DNA from: Nitrospirota bacterium
GTDB taxonomy: Bacteria; Nitrospirota; Thermodesulfovibrionia; Thermodesulfovibrionales; JdFR-88
DNA: 64,000 nt
Assembly: GCA_021789215.1 (NCBI GenBank)
Contig: JAJYJS010000006.1
Span: forward strand, 25,875-89,874
Reading direction: 5' to 3'
Below the pieces are notes generated by a model. That model saw nothing but the letters and a program-made list of their open reading frames with translations. It was not told the DNA's origin and made no database searches. This document shows positions 59,885-64,000 of this stretch, piece by piece; within the stretch, counting starts at the first letter, position 1, and every line of letters starts with the position of its first letter. Made by a program: the position numbers and the translations under genes.

Positions 59885-60415
59885 TTATTCCGCCTTTTGG
59901 GGCTTCCGCGATACGGCAACGAGAGTCGCCCGGAGCACCTTGCCATTGTACATGTAGCCCGTGCGGAGCTCCTCCACAACGGTCATTTCCGGGTAATCGC
60001 CAGTCTCCACCTGGGTTATCGCGTGGTGGAACTCCGGGTTGAACGGCTGCCAGAGCGCCTCTATCGTCTTGAGCCCGAATTTTTCGAGTATCCTTTTAAG
60101 CTCCCTCAATGTCATCTCCACGCCCTGAGCCAGCGCCTCGGACTTTTCCACAGTGTGCCTGAGCGCGGTCTCCAGGTTGTCGAGCGAGGGCAGCAGCGCC
60201 TCTATAATCCCTTCGTTGGCGTGCTTTATTATGTCTTCCTTTTCCCTTGCCGCCATCCGCTTGAAGTTCTCGAATTCGGCATAGAGCCTCATGTACTTTT
60301 CCTTCTGGCCCTCTATCTCCTGTTCAAGCAGGGGCACTATCTGCTCCTTCCTGGCCTCTTCGACAAACTCTTCAGTCTCCAGCCCCTCAGGTTTTGCCGT
60401 TTTCTCTTCGCTCAT
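59885..60415 (-). CDS. grpE: Nucleotide exchange factor GrpE
   Basis: 176 aa with the coiled-coil KYMRLYAEFENFKRM motif. Confidence 0.95.
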   Translation of the reverse strand: MSEEKTAKPEGLETEEFVEEARKEQIVPLLEQEIEGQKEKYMRLYAEFENFKRMAAREKEDIIKHANEGIIEALLPSLDNLETALRHTVEKSEALAQGVEMTLRELKRILEKFGLKTIEALWQPFNPEFHHAITQVETGDYPEMTVVEELRTGYMYNGKVLRATLVAVSRKPQKAE

Positions 60416-60484
60416 CTTCCGCTCCTTTATTTAAAGTCTTAGCCCTCTTGCCTGCAAAAAGGAAAAAAATAAATAAAAACCCCC

Positions 60485-61513
60485 TCAGGCGCCATCTGAG
60501 AGGAAATCCGTGATGAACCTGGCTGTGGCCTCCACCATGGTTATGGCCCTGTTATAGTCCATCCTCGTAGGCCCGATTATCCCCACAGTCCCCGCAGGCC
60601 GCCCTCCCTGTCCGTAAGGCGCAAGCACCATGCTCAGGCCCCTCATCTCCTTTACCGGGTTTTCGGAGCCGATAAGCACGGAGGCGCCGCCCGGCTCCTG
60701 GCAGACCTTTTCGAGGAGCCTCACCATGAGGTGCTTGTCTTCAATCGCCCTGGCTATTTCCTTTATCCTGTCGGAGAAGTCCGGCAGGCCTATGAATTCC
60801 GGAAGGCCATACATGTAGATGTCGCCCGCAGGGAACGTCAGGGCCTCGCGGCATATCTCCATGGCCTTGGTAATAAGGATATCACAAAACGCTTTTTCCT
60901 TCGACATTTCCCGCACCAGCCGCAGCCTTATGTCGTCTATCCCGTACCCGGCGAACTCCTGGTTCAGGTAGTCCGATATCCTCCTCAGGGTGCGCGGCGA
61001 CACCTCCTGCTCCATCCTTATGAGCTTGTGCTTGATGATGCCTTCGTTGGTAAGGAGCATCACCGCGATGTGCCTGCCCTTGTAGCTGAAAAGCTCCACC
61101 CTGTTGAGGGTCGTCTTTTCGGGCTTCAGGGGGGCGGAAACCCCTATATAGCTTGAGTTCTCGGAGAGCGTCTTTGCCGCACCCTCGATGACCCCGTTCA
61201 GGTCCTCCTTGAGCGACTCAAGCCGCGTCATATAGGCGGTCAGAAAATTTTTTTCCTCCACGGCCGCCATATGCTCCGGGAGGTAATCGACATAGAACCG
61301 GTATCCCCTGTCCGTCGGCACCCTGCCCGCCGAGGTGTGCGGCTGGATGAGAAACCCAAGCTCCTCCAGGTCCGCCATGATGTTGCGTATCGTCGCGGGC
61401 GAGAGGTTGAAGGAATATTTTTTCGTCACGAACCGCGAGCCCACCGGCTCATGGCTCGCTATATAGCTCTGGACTATCGCGAAAAGCACCTGCTCGGTGC
61501 GCTTGTTGAGCAT
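60485..61513 (-). CDS. hrcA: Heat-inducible transcription repressor HrcA
   Basis: N-terminal wHTH LNKRTEQVLFAIVQSYIASHEPVGSRFV. 342 aa, with a CIRCE operator directly upstream. Confidence 0.97.
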   Translation of the reverse strand: MLNKRTEQVLFAIVQSYIASHEPVGSRFVTKKYSFNLSPATIRNIMADLEELGFLIQPHTSAGRVPTDRGYRFYVDYLPEHMAAVEEKNFLTAYMTRLESLKEDLNGVIEGAAKTLSENSSYIGVSAPLKPEKTTLNRVELFSYKGRHIAVMLLTNEGIIKHKLIRMEQEVSPRTLRRISDYLNQEFAGYGIDDIRLRLVREMSKEKAFCDILITKAMEICREALTFPAGDIYMYGLPEFIGLPDFSDRIKEIARAIEDKHLMVRLLEKVCQEPGGASVLIGSENPVKEMRGLSMVLAPYGQGGRPAGTVGIIGPTRMDYNRAITMVEATARFITDFLSDGA

Positions 61514-61525
61514 CCCGCCACTCCT

Positions 61526-61552
61526 TTAGCACTCTAATACCGAGAGTGCTAA
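61526..61552. promoter_or_regulatory. CIRCE operator (HrcA binding site)
   Basis: TTAGCACTC-TAATACCGA-GAGTGCTAA is a perfect match to the consensus TTAGCACTC-N9-GAGTGCTAA. It abuts the hrcA SD. Confidence 0.95.
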
Positions 61553-61555
61553 ATT

Positions 61556-61585
61556 ACTTTAGCAACTATAAACGGGGGTTGTCAA
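61556..61585 (-). promoter_or_regulatory. Candidate sigma70 promoter of the hrcA-grpE-dnaK-dnaJ-rsmE operon
   Basis: The minus strand reads TTGACA-N18-TAAAGT, just upstream of CIRCE. Confidence 0.5.
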
Positions 61586-61651
61586 TATGGAATACCGGGG
61601 AGCGTCCGCCAGTCCAGGCGGCCGCGTTATAACAGGGCCTTATTCACCAGC

Positions 61652-62518
61652 TTATTCGAAGTTGAAGGCCCCTTTTATCCCCCAGCCCAGCTTGTTTTCC
61701 ATCAGCTTGCCGTAAAGCTTCCTGGTCGCGAAGCACTGGGCGTGTATCTCGTCGTCGTAGTATTTCGTCTGTATCTTGAAGGGCCGCCTCATCTGCCTGG
61801 GGTCAAGCGACATGGAGCCGATGGCATACGTCCACCAGAAGCCGGGATATGTGGGCACTATGCCCGTGTAGAGGTCGACCACGGGGAAGGCCCTTTTGAG
61901 CGTCTGCTGGACCTTTACGACCGTGTCCCTGTGGTACGCAAGGGATTCCGAATGCGTGACGAACATCCCGTCGGGCGAGAGGCACCTCTTGAGGGCGGCA
62001 AAGAACTCCTTCGTGTACAGGGAGCGGGCAAAGCCTATGATGTCCGTGGAGTCCACTATTATGGCGTCTATCCTGCCTTTGGGGGCCTTCTTTACAAACT
62101 CCGCCCCGTCCATCGCGCTTATCTCCACGCGCCGGTCGGCGCAGCCGGAGGCGATCTGGGGAAAGAACTTTTTCGAGACCTCGATGACATCCTTGTCAAT
62201 CTCCACGAAGTGCACCTTTTTGACGGACTTGTGTTTGAGCACCTCGCGCACGATGCCCCCGTCTCCGCCGCCTATGACGATTACGTTTTTCGGGTCCGGA
62301 TGGGCGTGGAGGGCGACGTGCGTCATCATCTCGTGGTAGAAGAACTCGTCGGACTCCGTTACCTGCACGACGCCGTCCAGTATCAGCATCCTGCCGAAGT
62401 CAGGGTTTTCAATGACCATTATCTCCTGGAACCTGCTCCTGCTCCTGTGGAGCACCGTCCCGACCTCGTAGCCGCACTCCACAGGCACGAAAGGCGCCTT
62501 CTCCAAAAACTTGAGCAT
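61652..62518 (-). CDS. speE: Spermidine synthase (polyamine aminopropyltransferase)
   Basis: The start is trimmed to MLKFLEKAP. Motifs LDGVVQVTESDEFFYHEMMTH and VIGGGDGG. Confidence 0.92.
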   Translation of the reverse strand: MLKFLEKAPFVPVECGYEVGTVLHRSRSRFQEIMVIENPDFGRMLILDGVVQVTESDEFFYHEMMTHVALHAHPDPKNVIVIGGGDGGIVREVLKHKSVKKVHFVEIDKDVIEVSKKFFPQIASGCADRRVEISAMDGAEFVKKAPKGRIDAIIVDSTDIIGFARSLYTKEFFAALKRCLSPDGMFVTHSESLAYHRDTVVKVQQTLKRAFPVVDLYTGIVPTYPGFWWTYAIGSMSLDPRQMRRPFKIQTKYYDDEIHAQCFATRKLYGKLMENKLGWGIKGAFNFE

Positions 62519-62522
62519 CTCT

Positions 62523-63692
62523 TCACACCCCCCGTATGACAATCGTTTCAGGTATCGAAAACCCGTTGAACTCCGATGCGTAGGAAATCGTGTACGCCCC
62601 GCACGACAGCACAAGGACCAGCCCCCCGATGCGGGGCTCCTTCAGCGCCACGTTCGTGTCTATCACGTCGAAGCTGTCGCAGCTGGGCCCGGCTATCGTC
62701 CACTGTTTTACCTGCCCCTCCGGGTTGTCCTCGACGATGTAGCTGTATTTTATGCCCCCGACGCTCTCCATGAGGCCGTTGAACACGCCCACATCCAGGT
62801 GGAGCCAGTTCTCGTCGCCGCGCACGGACTTTCCGATTACGGAGCTGACAAACACCCCTGTGTCGCCGACGACCGCCCTGCCCGGCTCTATGAAGACCTC
62901 GATGTCCTTTGGGAAAAGCTCATAGATCAGGCCGTCTATGTTCTTCTCTATGTCCTCTATGTCCACTACGTTCCTCGTATACTTCACCGGATAGCCGCCC
63001 CCGATGTTCAGCACCCTGAAGGCTATGCCCTTTTTGGCGGCCAGGTCCCAAAGCACCTTGGCCTTGTAGAGCGCGTTGTTCCAGTTATACTTGTTTGTGC
63101 ACTGGGAGCCCACGTGGAAGGTTATCCCAACTGGGTTCAGCCCCTTCTGCTTCGCATAGGAGGCAAGGAACGCGCCCTCGTCTATCTCCACGCCGAACTT
63201 CCTGCTGAGGGGCCACTCGCTGCCCTCGTTGGGCACGGAGAGCCGCAGGTAAACGTTCGCGCCGGGGATTATGGAGGCTATCTTGTCCACCTCGTCCCTC
63301 GAATCGAACGCGAAATACCGCACGCCGTATTTTTCCGCCGCGCGGAGGAACTTGAACGTCTTTACCGGGTTGCTCGTGATTATCCTTTCCGGCCCCACGC
63401 CGGCCCGGGCCAGTATCTCAAGCTCCCCCTCCGATGCGATCTCGAAATTCAGCCCAAGCCCGTCCAGAAGCTTTATCACGTCCGGGGCCGGGTTGGCCTT
63501 GACCGCGTAAAACACCTTCGAGTTCCTGATGTTCCTGCCCATGGCGAGCGCCTTTTTTTCCATCTTGTCGGCATCCATCAGGAGCACCGGAAGCTCAACG
63601 CCGTTGCTGTCAAGAAACGTGAGGAAATTAAGGAGGTCCGGCTTGGAAATTATCTTCCTGTGCGCCGCCTCTATCCTGAATACCCTGGTCAT
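62523..63692 (-). CDS. Orn/DAP/Arg decarboxylase family-2 enzyme (ornithine decarboxylase-like)
   Basis: PLP-Lys motif VFYAVKANP, plus GGGYP and a CDSFD-type C-terminal motif (GPSCDSFD). It lies 4 nt upstream of speE. Confidence 0.85.
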   Translation of the reverse strand: MTRVFRIEAAHRKIISKPDLLNFLTFLDSNGVELPVLLMDADKMEKKALAMGRNIRNSKVFYAVKANPAPDVIKLLDGLGLNFEIASEGELEILARAGVGPERIITSNPVKTFKFLRAAEKYGVRYFAFDSRDEVDKIASIIPGANVYLRLSVPNEGSEWPLSRKFGVEIDEGAFLASYAKQKGLNPVGITFHVGSQCTNKYNWNNALYKAKVLWDLAAKKGIAFRVLNIGGGYPVKYTRNVVDIEDIEKNIDGLIYELFPKDIEVFIEPGRAVVGDTGVFVSSVIGKSVRGDENWLHLDVGVFNGLMESVGGIKYSYIVEDNPEGQVKQWTIAGPSCDSFDVIDTNVALKEPRIGGLVLVLSCGAYTISYASEFNGFSIPETIVIRGV

Positions 63693-63783
63693 GCTGTAAA
63701 CACCTCTCTGTTGGTTAACCCCCCTGTTTAGTCAAGCCAGACATTATACCCGTCCGGCAAATTTTTATCAATAATCCGGATGC

Positions 63784-64000
63784 CTACCCGTTTTTCTTCC
63801 TCGCGGCCACAAGCTTCCTGGCCCCGGCGCGCAGGGCGTCCGGCACGTTTTTGTTTTTTTGGAGCAGTTGAAGGTCCCTGGGCTTGAGCGACGGCAGATA
63901 ACCCATGGCGATCCCCGCCGGGGTCTTGGCATTGGTGACCAGGCTATACAGCACGCCGTAATTCTTCATCCACTCCCTGTTTCTGGATATGGACCGGAGC
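63784..64000 (-). CDS. Hypothetical protein, C-terminal part; gene runs off the right edge
   Basis: The frame is open to the window end (...LRSISRNREWMKNYGVLYSLVTNAKTPAGIAMGYLPSLKPRDLQLLQKNKNVPDALR...). It looks like a helical repeat, but the function is unknown. Confidence 0.4.
   Translation of the reverse strand, partial: LRSISRNREWMKNYGVLYSLVTNAKTPAGIAMGYLPSLKPRDLQLLQKNKNVPDALRAGARKLVAARKKNG

Overview
This is a GC-rich bacterial chromosomal segment. All calls come from reading the sequence and from remembered family motifs; no searches were run. No rRNA, tRNA or CRISPR array was seen. The ORF track uses the most upstream alternative start, so I trimmed many N-termini using Shine-Dalgarno sites and stop/start overlaps.

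**Housekeeping content**
- 1-16.9 kb, minus strand: a partial NhaD-like permease; a fis-like/porin/amtB/glnK nitrogen operon; a deoB/marC/P-loop/MetE-like/P-type ATPase/USP string; and an F1 plus b/b' ATP synthase operon (atpF'FHAGDC) that lacks atpBE.
- 17-20.3 kb, plus strand: bioF and a bifunctional Rel/SpoT gene.
- 35.5-38 kb: a tetraheme cytochrome c / 4x[4Fe-4S] / NrfD-type membrane redox module.
- 38-64 kb: Smr, DedA-PAP2-like fusion, ClC channel, bacterioferritin, a PIN toxin remnant, DUF2079, RNase G, PfpI, CBS, envelope proteins, a DD-carboxypeptidase, lysA-dapF-dapA, rsmE-dnaJ-dnaK-grpE-hrcA with a perfect CIRCE operator, and speE plus an ornithine-decarboxylase-like gene.

**Main finding**
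The stand-out region is 20.8-35.2 kb. It is a 14.4-kb, one-strand, tightly coupled cluster of 19 phage head and tail genes.
- Present: small membrane proteins, large terminase, DUF935 portal, gpG-like, scaffold/protease, DUF2190 decoration, major capsid, gp36/gp37-like connectors, tail tube, a G/GT chaperone with an intact A_AAA_AAC -1 slippery site, a 183-aa tape-measure-position protein, and two distal tail proteins.
- Absent: any integrase or transposase, repressor, replication gene or recognisable endolysin.
- The cluster also carries the host's own GTCAT...ATGAC palindromic repeats in its intergenic gaps.

I read it as a gene-transfer-agent-like or domesticated particle locus. The null hypothesis is a decaying Mu-like siphophage remnant.
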